A stretch of 40,927 nucleotides of DNA from a virus. Lineage: Duplodnaviria > Heunggongvirae > Uroviricota > Caudoviricetes. The notes under the pieces are model-generated. The model saw nothing but the letters and a program-made list of their open reading frames with translations, ran no database searches and was not told the DNA's origin. The stretch's first letter is position 1; every line of letters begins with the position of its first letter. The position numbers and the translations under genes were made by a program. This document shows positions 1 to 8,256 of this stretch, one piece after another. The stretch is taken from the IMG/VR virus record IMGVR_UViG_2541047877_000008; one strand, 5' to 3'.

Positions 1-516
1 ATGAAATTTAAAAAATGTCTTCTGCCTGTGGCAACGTTAGCGTCATTCACTCTGGCAGGATGCCAGTCAAATGCTGATGATCATGCCGCCGATGTTTATC
101 AAACCGATCAACTGAATACCAAACAAGAAACTAAAACCGTTAATATTATTTCCATTCTTCCCGCAAAAGTTGCCGTAGACAACTCCCAAAATAAACGAAA
201 CGCACAAGCCTTCGGCGCGCTTATTGGTGCAGTCGCTGGCGGTGTTATTGGCCACAACGTCGGGTCTGGCAGCAATTCCGGAACGACGGCAGGTGCAGTT
301 GGCGGCGGAGCTGTTGGCGCGGCAGCGGGTTCTATGGTGAATGATAAAACCTTAGTGGAAGGTGTTTCTTTAACGTATAAGGAAGGCACCAAAGTGTATA
401 CCTCCACCCAGGTGGGTAAAGAGTGCCAGTTTACGACAGGTTTAGCCGTTGTTATTACCACGACGTATAACGAAACGCGTATTCAGCCAAATACGAAATG
501 TCCTGAAAAGAGCTAA
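1..516 (+). CDS. Putative lipoprotein with glycine-zipper motif (signal peptide plus LAGC lipobox); flanking chromosomal gene or prophage-end cargo
   Basis: ORF track 171 aa; N-terminal MKFKKCLLPVATLASFTLAGC lipoprotein signal; Gly/Ala-rich zipper GALIGAVAGGVIGHNVGSGS resembling YcfJ/SlyB-type glycine-zipper lipoproteins (recognition by eye only). Confidence 0.6.
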   Translation: MKFKKCLLPVATLASFTLAGCQSNADDHAADVYQTDQLNTKQETKTVNIISILPAKVAVDNSQNKRNAQAFGALIGAVAGGVIGHNVGSGSNSGTTAGAVGGGAVGAAAGSMVNDKTLVEGVSLTYKEGTKVYTSTQVGKECQFTTGLAVVITTTYNETRIQPNTKCPEKS

Positions 517-531
517 TGATCAGGAGGAGTC

Positions 532-1071
532 ATGAAGAAAGTTTTTCTTTGCGCCATCTTAGCCTCCTTAAGCTATCCGGCTATCGCCTCATCATTGCAG
601 GATCAACTCTCTGCTGTCGCAGAAGCGGAACAGCAAGGTAAAAATGAAGAGCAAAGGCAGCATGACGAATGGATCGCGGAGCGCAACAGGGAAATCCAGC
701 AAGAGAAGCAACGTCGCGCAAACGCCCAGGCCGCCGCTAACAAAAGAGCGGCAACGGCAGCGGCAAATAAGAAAGCTCGTCAGGATAAACTGGATGCCGA
801 AGCCACTGCGGACAAAAAACGCGATCAAAGTTATGAAGATGAGCTACGCAGCTTAGAGATTCAGAAACAAAAACTGGCGCTGGCGAAAGAAGAAGCCCGC
901 GTTAAGCGCGAAAACGAATTTATCGATCAGGAACTGAAGCACAAAGCTGCGCAAACCGATGTGGTGCAATCTGAAGCTGACGCAAACAGGAATATGACTG
1001 AGGGCGGTCGCGATCTGATGAAAAGCGTGGGCAAAGCAGAAGAGAACAAATCGGACAGCTGGTTTAACTAA
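532..1071 (+). CDS. Secreted coiled-coil protein of unknown function
   Basis: ORF track 179 aa; N-terminal signal peptide (MKKVFLCAILASLSYPAIAS), highly charged K/E/A/Q-rich remainder; RBS-like AGGAGG upstream of ATG at 532. Confidence 0.5.
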   Translation: MKKVFLCAILASLSYPAIASSLQDQLSAVAEAEQQGKNEEQRQHDEWIAERNREIQQEKQRRANAQAAANKRAATAAANKKARQDKLDAEATADKKRDQSYEDELRSLEIQKQKLALAKEEARVKRENEFIDQELKHKAAQTDVVQSEADANRNMTEGGRDLMKSVGKAEENKSDSWFN

Positions 1072-1118
1072 GCGATGTCAGTAACTTCAAGCCTATGATT
1101 CGTGAGTATAATAAATAT

Positions 1119-1142
1119 CCTCCGGCATAGCCGGAGGTTTTT
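1119..1142 (+). terminator. Rho-independent terminator after the 532-1071 gene
   Basis: Inverted repeat CCTCCGG-CATAG-CCGGAGG (1119-1137) followed by TTTTT (1138-1142). Confidence 0.6.
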
Positions 1143-1149
1143 CAAATGC

Positions 1150-1862
1150 GCCTATAAGGCTCTCTTACCAGCCGCGCCCTAACAGGCGCACACGATCTGA
1201 CATTTGCATCCAACTTCGTTACTTACGGCCCGTAAACGGGCTGCCCGGATAGGGAATCGATAACTGCTCTCCCATTTTATCCTCTTCAAGCTGGTGCTTT
1301 ATGTAATCCTGTATCTTCGCCGTGTTCTTACCCACTGTATCGACGTAGTACCCTCTGCACCAGAACTCCCTGTTCCTGTATTTGAATTTCAAATCACCAA
1401 ACTGCTCGTAAAGCATCAGACTGCTTTTCCCTTTCAGATATCCCATAAACCCGGATACGCTCATTTTAGGCGGGATCTCCACAAGCATATGGATATGATC
1501 TGCACAGCATTCAGCTTCCAGAATCCGTACGCTTTTCCACTCACACAGCTTTCTCAAAATACTGCCTATTGCTCTACGCTTCTCTCTGTAGAACACCTGT
1601 CTTCGGTATTTTGGCGCAAAAACTATGTGATATTTACAGTTCCATCGGGTGTGCGCTAAGCTCTTTTCGTTCCCCATTGGGACCCCCTTTTGATTTCTTG
1701 TTTGACACTTGCAGTTGCCAGACCGCAAGGTGTTTTAACAAATCAAAAGGGGTTTTAATAACTGGCTCAAAGCTGAAAGCTTTCCGGAACCCCCAGCCTA
1801 GCTGGGGGTTTTCTGTGCACAAAAAACCCTCTGTAGTAACAGAGGGTTTTGTTCATTCATAG
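1150..1862 (-). mobile_element. IS200-like insertion sequence (IS200/IS605 family); boundaries approximate
   Basis: Contains the Y1 transposase gene 1219-1677 and, upstream of it, two perfect stem-loops (1790-1808 CCCCAGC-CTA-GCTGGGG; 1823-1850 AAAACCCTCTGT-AGTA-ACAGAGGGTTTT) typical of the structured IS200 left end; expected size about 0.7 kb. Ends not determined precisely. Confidence 0.55.
1219..1677 (-). CDS. tnpA: IS200/IS605-family transposase TnpA (HUH Y1 transposase)
   Basis: Track ORF 1219-1728; start moved to internal ATG at 1675-1677 (MGNEKSLAHTRWNCKYHIVFAPKYRRQ..., 152 aa) with strong SD AAGGGGG upstream; sequence pattern HxH...Y characteristic of IS200 TnpA. Confidence 0.85.
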   Translation of the reverse strand: MGNEKSLAHTRWNCKYHIVFAPKYRRQVFYREKRRAIGSILRKLCEWKSVRILEAECCADHIHMLVEIPPKMSVSGFMGYLKGKSSLMLYEQFGDLKFKYRNREFWCRGYYVDTVGKNTAKIQDYIKHQLEEDKMGEQLSIPYPGSPFTGRK

Positions 1863-1999
1863 TGCAGGGTCAAATCATTCCCACTCAATTATTTACGATA
1901 ACCATAACCAATTGAGTGATAACATTTTTCCAAATCTCAATTTTTATCGTACCGTTTTATATACCGTCACCGGAAATCAGTACCATGAAAAATGCCATG

Positions 2000-2482
2000 C
2001 TATCTGGTCAGGGTGTCGTACTGTTTTTCACAGACTCTTCCGGCTTCGGCTGCCCGGTCAGCATACTCTGCCAGTTGTCTGTTTCTCTCGAGAGATTTAC
2101 TGAGCACGTCGGCAAGCAAAACTCCGGTGTCTGCGGCTGACGTCCCAGCGCCGACAATGGCGTTATACTGCCTGAGCTGCTCACGGATGGCAACGAGCTG
2201 TTGCTGCAACCGGCCAGCGCGAGCGGCAGCATCAAGAGCATCATTGCGCGCCTGGTCGATCCTCTGCTGCGCTTCACGTTCATTGATCGCTTTCTCCTGT
2301 TCGTAGTGCTGACGAATTCTCTCATCTTCGGTTTTGCGGTCTTCTTTCGCCTGCGCATACCCGGCGTCGTACTGACGACTGCCGTGTACACTCCAGGCAA
2401 CAACTCCTGATATGACCAGAACAGCAAGCACCGCCATGATAATCAACTGTTTCCGGTATGCTTTTACGAATGCCAAGATCAT
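2000..2482 (-). CDS. i-spanin (Rz-like): N-terminal TM helix plus periplasmic coiled coil
   Basis: ORF track 160 aa; hydrophobic [15 protein letters not shown] followed by a Q/R/E/A-rich coiled coil; last gene of the lysis cassette; 4-nt overlap with endolysin stop. Confidence 0.6.
   Translation of the reverse strand: MILAFVKAYRKQLIIMAVLAVLVISGVVAWSVHGSRQYDAGYAQAKEDRKTEDERIRQHYEQEKAINEREAQQRIDQARNDALDAAARAGRLQQQLVAIREQLRQYNAIVGAGTSAADTGVLLADVLSKSLERNRQLAEYADRAAEAGRVCEKQYDTLTR
2008..2244 (-). CDS. o-spanin (Rz1-like lipoprotein) embedded in an alternative frame inside the i-spanin gene
   Basis: Within track ORF 2008-2427; internal start [17 protein letters not shown] (ATG at 2242-2244) gives lipoprotein signal plus LAGC lipobox and a Pro-rich, Cys-containing mature part (about 78 aa), fully inside the Rz ORF. 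Confidence 0.55.
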   Translation of the reverse strand: MMLLMLPLALAGCSNSSLPSVSSSGSITPLSALGRQPQTPEFCLPTCSVNLSRETDNWQSMLTGQPKPEESVKNSTTP

Positions 2483-3108
2483 ACCGCCAGCACCTTACTG
2501 GCATTGATGTATCGCGCGCGCCGGTCGTCGATGCCGTTCCGGCCACCATTGATAATCAGAGTTACACGTGCAATATCGCCGGTATACTTCATGCATCCTT
2601 TGCTGGCAAAGAACCACGCCGCGCTACGAGCCGCGTATTCGTCCTGCGCCAGCAGTTCAGGACTCTCCAGCAGGTCAACCTTAAGACCGTTTCCACAGTC
2701 ACGATAGTTATTCAAACCGGTAACCTGGATAAGCCCGCGCCCACGGTAGTTCCAGCCATCACCAGGGGCATTGTTCCCCATGCGTTTGCTGTACACCAGA
2801 TTGGCAATCGCTCTCTGGCGCTCAAGTGGCAATGGTGGTTCGCCTGCACGTCGCCCCAATGCGTTGGCCTGTCCCTGAGTGAGACGCCCAGCCCGAACAA
2901 AGTTAGCCAGTCCGCTGACGCTGTAGTTGAAATTCTCCTGCAACCGGGTGAAGCCTCCAGACTCATGCCCGACCTGAGCAATAAACATAGCCTGATCTTC
3001 TGGTTTGCTGATACCAAACTCTTTCATCGCAGAAGTTATATGCGAGAACCAGCGTGCGGCCAGTGCCTCGCTGATACCAGCAGCTCGCTGGAATTGTTTA
3101 ATCTCCAT
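2479..3108 (-). CDS. Endolysin, glycoside hydrolase family 19 (chitinase-like) type
   Basis: ORF track 209 aa; motifs [28 protein letters not shown] recognised as GH19-type phage endolysin; position between holins and spanins. Confidence 0.7.
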   Translation of the reverse strand: MEIKQFQRAAGISEALAARWFSHITSAMKEFGISKPEDQAMFIAQVGHESGGFTRLQENFNYSVSGLANFVRAGRLTQGQANALGRRAGEPPLPLERQRAIANLVYSKRMGNNAPGDGWNYRGRGLIQVTGLNNYRDCGNGLKVDLLESPELLAQDEYAARSAAWFFASKGCMKYTGDIARVTLIINGGRNGIDDRRARYINASKVLAV

Positions 3109-3406
3109 GTTTAGACCTCGATACTTTGAAAATTTGAACGACGTTACCGCGCGTTTTAATAACCGCAGCTAGCATGACAGCGTTGATAATGACCTCAGAT
3201 AAATCCACAGCCATTGGCGTACGTAACCAGATTGCATAGGCGACACGAACAGGAATACTGGCCGCAGCAACAATCAGGAAATAAGCAAGCCATCCTCCCC
3301 ACCTTCGGTGTTGAGAGCCGTTACGCCGGAATGTGACAACGCGAATTGCTATGCCAGTGCAAATAACTGCATTGGTGATAAGCAAAAAAAACTCATGCGT
3401 TACCAT
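3098..3406 (-). CDS. Holin-like small membrane protein
   Basis: ORF track 102 aa with 2-3 predicted TM segments, immediately upstream of endolysin and overlapping it. Confidence 0.5.
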   Translation of the reverse strand: MVTHEFFLLITNAVICTGIAIRVVTFRRNGSQHRRWGGWLAYFLIVAAASIPVRVAYAIWLRTPMAVDLSEVIINAVMLAAVIKTRGNVVQIFKVSRSKHGD

Positions 3407-3806
3407 CGTCTTTTCTCCCCGGAATTAACTCGCGTGGATTATCGGAACGGTGATAGAGCCATATACCAATACGCACAGCGACAATTGCTGACACGAATGC
3501 GCCTGCAGAGAAAACAATCCCTTTTTCAAAAGAGTCCTGCGTGATGGTAGGGATCAGGCTGGCTATGCCGATAAGAATTGATGCTGCTGGTTTGTAAAAG
3601 AGAAGGCCGCAAAGAAAGCTGAGCATCGACAGGAGCACCCGGCGACGGATGGGGTACTCTACTGCAGAGGTAACAAAAATTACCGCTCCAGCCAAAGCAC
3701 CCAAAGCAACCTCAGGAGGAACTCCTGCTATCACCGCCGCCAGAGAACTCATGCTAAGCCACTGATTTAAAGTTTCACTGGTTAGTTGAGCTGACATGTT
3801 TTCCAC
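3393..3806 (-). CDS. Holin/antiholin-like membrane protein
   Basis: ORF track 137 aa with multiple hydrophobic segments; first gene of the lysis cassette; overlaps next gene by 14 nt. Confidence 0.5.
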   Translation of the reverse strand: MENMSAQLTSETLNQWLSMSSLAAVIAGVPPEVALGALAGAVIFVTSAVEYPIRRRVLLSMLSFLCGLLFYKPAASILIGIASLIPTITQDSFEKGIVFSAGAFVSAIVAVRIGIWLYHRSDNPRELIPGRKDDGNA

Positions 3807-3999
3807 CGTTTATATGCATAACAACCTCCTGAACAGTAAAGCATTACGCATAATAAACCATTTATGGTTTTTTGTTACTTTAACATCGTCAATTCCCTGT
3901 TTTTCATGCCGAGAATAAAGCTCACCTTTTACATGACTCTGAAGAAACAAACAGTGAAGAGCAGGTTGAATACCGCACCATTTAATGGCGCGGTAGCAG

Positions 4000-4296
4000 T
4001 CAAATAGAGAAATAAACACAAAAACAAAAAACAACAGGAACAGCAAAATCCAACAGACTTCCCACATCCCACACGCGTGGATCAAAACCTCCCCACCACG
4101 GCATGTTGATACGTTTCCCTTTCCCAAACTTTTCTATCCAGCGATATTCTGCCTGGGTGTGTTCACGCGCAATGAAGAACGTACAACCGGCTATCGCACC
4201 GTAAGCCCAGTTTCCGGTAAAAATACCAACCAGTACCTGAGCCACAAAAGCGCAAAGCGAGTGAAGAAATGGAGTGACATCAATGCTCTTAATCAT
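4000..4296 (-). CDS. Small two-TM membrane protein translationally coupled to the tailspike gene (function unknown)
   Basis: ORF track 98 aa; start overlaps tailspike stop (ATGA-type overlap at 4293-4296); two hydrophobic segments; followed by an AT-rich 190-bp spacer before the holin gene. Confidence 0.4.
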   Translation of the reverse strand: MIKSIDVTPFLHSLCAFVAQVLVGIFTGNWAYGAIAGCTFFIAREHTQAEYRWIEKFGKGKRINMPWWGGFDPRVWDVGSLLDFAVPVVFCFCVYFSI

Positions 4297-6482
4297 GAAA
4301 CTTCCCCATTGGTTGAAAATATGGCTCCTCCAACGCCAAGTGTATTTCGTGTTGTGCTCAACCTCAGAGGGCTGGAGTCAGAATTAGAATATCCTGTAGC
4401 AGAAATAAAAGATCCTCCACTAATAGTCAACTGCGGAACATCGGCTATATCTGAATAAGTTCTGTCAGCAACAGTATTATTTATAGCCACATATGATCCA
4501 AAAAAACTTCTTATTGTTTGGTTTTTAACTTTACTTCCTTCAATGGTTATCCTACTACCACAGTCGGCAATAAATCCTGAATCTGCATCCAGCGTTGCAT
4601 TCATAAAAGAAGCTTCAGATCTCTCTACATCAATCCATCTAATATCTTTTGTGGGATTTGCACCAAATACATGACAAATATTAGAGTTAAACCTTACACC
4701 ATCTTGGAGGTGCATTAATTTTTTTATATCTGTACCCCATAGCCTTGGAAAATTAACAGATGCTCCTGCATGGCAATCAAATCCCAGCTCAGCCCCTGAG
4801 ATATCTACAGCCTTTCCTGAAATAACAGCACCAGTGTCTGCATTAACGGCTGTTCCACAATTGCGCATATCATTACCAGCAACATCAACGCAACCCGCAC
4901 CATCAATACGCACACCAAGTGCACATCCATAAAAACCTTTTTCAATATTTGGTTCAAGGACTTTACCACTTGTTTCTGCATCACTTTCTTCAACGTCATG
5001 TCGTCTTGCATCAACATATGCTGTATGAATGCAGGTTAATCCACGATATGAGCAATGTATAGTTTTATGGTCGCGTATATTAACATTTGAACCATCTCTT
5101 ACATTCCATCCTATATAACAATAGCTTGCACTTGACCCCTGAAAATCTGCTTTAACATTATAAATACAATTAACTGACGCAACCGTACTCTCTGTGCACC
5201 GTTCAAACTTGCTTACAGGCATTGATGCCTTGACATTATTTACCAGTTGCAGGGAAGAGTATCTGCTATAAGAAAAATCACATACGTAATACCCTTCTGG
5301 CATATATGCAGCAACACTTTCCTCATCAGGAGCACATCCGGTATGATATGCACTAATTTTTGCACCAAAACTACCATGAATTCCAACGTAGAACTTTCGA
5401 GCACCTGAATACGGATAGAAATTAAGTTCAGCTTTTTGAGTTACAATAAATGCACAAACATCGCTATCATCTCTATTTTCTTCGATCTGAATAGCAAATA
5501 CAGGACTTTTTGCTGCATCGCAAATGTAAAATAAATACTTGTATTCGTAATACGTTCTAACGATTTTAGTAAACAAACGAGTGTCAGAGAAAACCACTGA
5601 GTCTTCTGATGTTATTTTAATCCAAGACAAATCAACACCTGAACTGAATTCAATTTGATAGTTGATAATATGCCCGGTCTTAATTCTTATTTCGCAGAAA
5701 GCATTACCACCATCCCACATAGGTCTCATTGACTGGGCTGCAATGATTGCATCTTTGAGTGTAGGGTAATCACCCCATTCGCCAACAGTAATAACAAAAG
5801 TATAATATGAGTTAAAAACAGCGGCATTTTTGCCTTTGGATATCAACTCCTTAATCATAAAAATATTATCTTCGTAATCACAAGGAGAAATTATATCCCT
5901 CATTTTGCTTTGAAATGTTCGTTGTCTTGCCCCGCTTCCTGACGGTATAAACCAACCAAAACCACCAACAACCCCGGCGATTGCAGCATCGACATAATTA
6001 CGCATTGAGCGATTATTTACAGCGTCCTGCTCAAATGATGGATCTGCAAGGTTAGAAATTTTGTTTTGCTTTGCATCGTAATATTTTGCAAGCAAAGATG
6101 GTTTCATCAATGCACGTCTGAACCACCCAAAACATCGCTGGATCAGCATCGTCAGGTAGTCAAATGCATCTTCATGAACTTCGGGGAAAAATTTTCCCTG
6201 ATTGCGAAGATCAGTCTCCTGCACCACATCAAGCACACGCTCTATCGTAATTCGCCAGCCAGCAGCAAGCGGCGACGGGAGAACCACTTCACCGCCACTA
6301 TAAGTGCCCGCTCCAGTTACCTTATAACCGGTATCCAGAACCAATTCTGTTACGTTCCCGTTCAGGTCAGACACCTGAACAACCAGGTCGGTTTTTTTGA
6401 AAATACGGAAGGTATACGGAAATGATGTCGTAACGCCGTTACCGGTGTATTCGTTGTGGTCAACTTCGGTTGAGACCGTCAT
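4293..6482 (-). CDS. Tailspike / receptor-binding protein with T7 gp17-like N-terminal attachment domain
   Basis: ORF track 729 aa; N-terminal about 170 aa (NEYTGNGVTTSFPYTFRIFKKTDLVVQV...) resembles the particle-binding domain of T7-type tail fibers; remainder is Ser/Asn/Gly-rich and encoded by markedly AT-rich DNA (about 4300-5950). Confidence 0.75.
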   Translation of the reverse strand: MTVSTEVDHNEYTGNGVTTSFPYTFRIFKKTDLVVQVSDLNGNVTELVLDTGYKVTGAGTYSGGEVVLPSPLAAGWRITIERVLDVVQETDLRNQGKFFPEVHEDAFDYLTMLIQRCFGWFRRALMKPSLLAKYYDAKQNKISNLADPSFEQDAVNNRSMRNYVDAAIAGVVGGFGWFIPSGSGARQRTFQSKMRDIISPCDYEDNIFMIKELISKGKNAAVFNSYYTFVITVGEWGDYPTLKDAIIAAQSMRPMWDGGNAFCEIRIKTGHIINYQIEFSSGVDLSWIKITSEDSVVFSDTRLFTKIVRTYYEYKYLFYICDAAKSPVFAIQIEENRDDSDVCAFIVTQKAELNFYPYSGARKFYVGIHGSFGAKISAYHTGCAPDEESVAAYMPEGYYVCDFSYSRYSSLQLVNNVKASMPVSKFERCTESTVASVNCIYNVKADFQGSSASYCYIGWNVRDGSNVNIRDHKTIHCSYRGLTCIHTAYVDARRHDVEESDAETSGKVLEPNIEKGFYGCALGVRIDGAGCVDVAGNDMRNCGTAVNADTGAVISGKAVDISGAELGFDCHAGASVNFPRLWGTDIKKLMHLQDGVRFNSNICHVFGANPTKDIRWIDVERSEASFMNATLDADSGFIADCGSRITIEGSKVKNQTIRSFFGSYVAINNTVADRTYSDIADVPQLTISGGSFISATGYSNSDSSPLRLSTTRNTLGVGGAIFSTNGEVS

Positions 6483-6585
6483 GTTAAATCTCCAGATAGT
6501 CGCAGCACCCGTTGCGCCGCATATCCGGTTATTCTATTACCTGAAAAACCACATATGGATAGATAACCCATAAATACGAACAGAT

Positions 6586-6602
6586 ATTACCTTTCAGGTG
6601 AT
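6586..6602. promoter_or_regulatory. Operator-like palindrome ATTACC-TTTCA-GGTGAT
   Basis: Read directly from sequence; member of the TACC-N5-GGTA family; lies in the divergent region between the tailspike start (6482) and the ant-paralog gene. Confidence 0.5.
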
Positions 6603-6677
6603 TCGCAAAACGTGCTGGATAGCAAACAAATTATTTGCTACTGTATAAATATACAGTTATTGCATGGAGAAGATAAG

Positions 6678-6935
6678 ATGCAGCAGTATCACTATCCACT
6701 GGAAGACGGATTTACCGAAAGGATTCACACGCCGGGAGGCGTCAGGTCACTGGTGGAGGGATCGCATTTGATGAAATTACTCCGGGATCTCGATAAGGAT
6801 GGATTTAATGTCGATGGCCCACTTGCCGAACTGACTGCACTGATTAACTACGTCACCAGCTCACAGATGTCTATGCGGGATCTGCAAACACATCTCGACT
6901 ATTGTGCCGAACAATTACGAAAACAAACCAGATAA
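6678..6935 (+). CDS. Small protein paralogous to the C-terminal domain of the antirepressor
   Basis: Within track ORF 6612-6935; ATG at 6678 preceded by GGAGAAG; C-terminal about 55 aa align with the C-terminus of the 7249-7935 product (LMxLL..L..DG..V.G..AELT....Y.......RD.QTH..Y). Confidence 0.5.
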   Translation: MQQYHYPLEDGFTERIHTPGGVRSLVEGSHLMKLLRDLDKDGFNVDGPLAELTALINYVTSSQMSMRDLQTHLDYCAEQLRKQTR

Positions 6936-6938
6936 GGT

Positions 6939-6982
6939 TTGCAATTGCCAAGTGGAGTGCTTATATTTACCTTTGCGGTAAA
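6939..6982 (+). promoter_or_regulatory. Sigma70-like promoter (TTGCAA-17-TATATT) overlapped by operator-like palindrome TTTACC-TTTGC-GGTAAA
   Basis: -35 TTGCAA 6939-6944, 17-bp spacer, -10 TATATT 6962-6967; palindrome 6966-6982 overlaps the -10 element and predicted start site. Confidence 0.5.
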
Positions 6983-7016
6983 TTTACATCGCACTCCTCT
7001 TGTGCCATAGTAATCG

Positions 7017-7038
7017 GGCACTGGCAAAATCCAGTGCC
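7017..7038 (+). other. Stable stem-loop in the ant leader (8-bp stem GGCACTGG / CCAGTGCC, loop CAAAAT)
   Basis: Perfect inverted repeat read from sequence. Confidence 0.5.
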
Positions 7039-7075
7039 GGGATTGGCGTCCCGAGTTACTACAGAGGCACATATG

Positions 7076-7095
7076 CCGCATAAGCGGTTTTTTTT
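7076..7095 (+). terminator. Rho-independent terminator / attenuator upstream of the antirepressor gene
   Basis: CCGC-ATAA-GCGG hairpin followed by eight T (7088-7095), about 100 nt downstream of the 6939 promoter and 150 nt upstream of the ant start. Confidence 0.6.
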
Positions 7096-7248
7096 ATGTG
7101 TAAAGCGCACCTATTCTATGGTGGGCTGTGTGGGGGCACCGAAAGGTGCGCCGGGTCCTTTGTAGCCGGTTACGCCAACCCTGCACAGTTCACCACCAAC
7201 CGATTGGCGTCGGTAGTGGTGATTAACCTAACTACAAAGGTGATCACT

Positions 7249-7935
7249 ATGACTGCTAACGTAACCCCATCTGTTTTTCATTTTGAATCAGAAGCAACCA
7301 TTCGAGCCATTGTTATTGATGGAAATCCTTGGTTTGTTGCCAAAGACGTTATTAAAGCTCTTCAACTGACAAACCCCACTATGTCAATAAAATCTCTTGA
7401 TGATGATGAAAGGGCTAAATTTAACTTAGGCCGTCAAGGCGAAACCAATATTATCAACGAGTCAGGCCTCTACACACTGATCCTCCGCTGCCGCGATGCA
7501 GTAACACCAGGCACTATCCCCTACCGCTTTCGCAAATGGGTTACAGGTGAGGTACTTCCTCAGATCCGCCGCACCGGAAGTTACATTAAAAACTCGCTCC
7601 CGCAAGAAGAACGCATAAAGATGGTTGCCGACCAGGTAGCCAACGCCACGGCGTCAGCAGTGATGCAGGCAATGAAGATAGAGAACAAAACCTACAGCGC
7701 CCCACTGAAGCCCGGCTACCGCAGCCTGATTCACTCGCCGTCTGGTGTTCTCGGCCTGACGGAGAACTCACTGCTGATGAATCTGCTGAACCAGTTACAG
7801 GAAGACGGGCACGACGTATCGGGCGCGGCGGCGGAGCTGACCACCATGTTCTGCTACATCGTCGGTGTGAGTAAATGCCTGCGTGATATCCAGACCCACG
7901 CGGAATACATCAACGACAAAGCAGGGTTCTTCTGA
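7249..7935 (+). CDS. Antirepressor-like protein with N-terminal Bro-N domain
   Basis: Track ORF 7096-7935; ATG at 7249 with SD AAGGTGA; N-terminal IRAIVIDGNPWFVAKDVIKAL matches the Bro-N fold common to phage antirepressors; located between ejection genes and tailspike like P22 immI. Confidence 0.7.
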   Translation: MTANVTPSVFHFESEATIRAIVIDGNPWFVAKDVIKALQLTNPTMSIKSLDDDERAKFNLGRQGETNIINESGLYTLILRCRDAVTPGTIPYRFRKWVTGEVLPQIRRTGSYIKNSLPQEERIKMVADQVANATASAVMQAMKIENKTYSAPLKPGYRSLIHSPSGVLGLTENSLLMNLLNQLQEDGHDVSGAAAELTTMFCYIVGVSKCLRDIQTHAEYINDKAGFF

Positions 7936-7977
7936 CAGCGGCGGCACAGGGATGTGCCTTTAAATAATTCTGTACGA

Positions 7978-8021
7978 TTGCAGACTGGGGGTGAATAGCG
8001 TACTATTACCTTAAAGGTAAA
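7978..8021 (+). promoter_or_regulatory. Promoter (TTGCAG-17-TACTAT) overlapped by operator-like palindrome ATTACC-TTAAA-GGTAAA
   Basis: -35 7978-7983, -10 8001-8006, palindrome 8005-8021; about 25 bp upstream of the strong RBS GAGGAGGAG of the 8047 gene. Confidence 0.5.
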
Positions 8022-8046
8022 CCATGTGTTTACATGAGGAGGAGAT

Positions 8047-8256
8047 ATGGGATTTTGGTTCGCTCGTACAAAAACGAGGGATAATGCACCCAGCCCTCAG
8101 GCAAAAAATGCAGAAGTTCCGGCGTCAGCGCAGGTTAACAAGCGTGGTGGTGTGTATATCTCATCACAGCAAATTTCTGAGCTTCCTGAGGTTAAGGAGA
8201 TGCGTCGTCTCGCTGCTGCAATCGTTAAACAGGATCTTGCCACTGTAAGGAAATAG
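8047..8256 (+). CDS. Small hypothetical protein, first gene of the accessory cassette
   Basis: ORF track 69 aa; strong SD GAGGAGGAG 8036-8044; stop overlaps the GTG start of the next gene (TAGTG). Confidence 0.5.
   Translation: MGFWFARTKTRDNAPSPQAKNAEVPASAQVNKRGGVYISSQQISELPEVKEMRRLAAAIVKQDLATVRK

Noticed and set aside
2458-3114. 218-aa plus-strand ORF antisense to the endolysin gene
   Set aside because: Complete overlap with the endolysin ORF, which has recognisable catalytic motifs; no RBS; likely spurious.
3810-4127. 105-aa minus-strand ORF overlapping the 4000-4296 gene and the AT-rich spacer
   Set aside because: Overlaps a better-supported coupled gene and extends through a low-complexity AT-rich intergenic region; no RBS.
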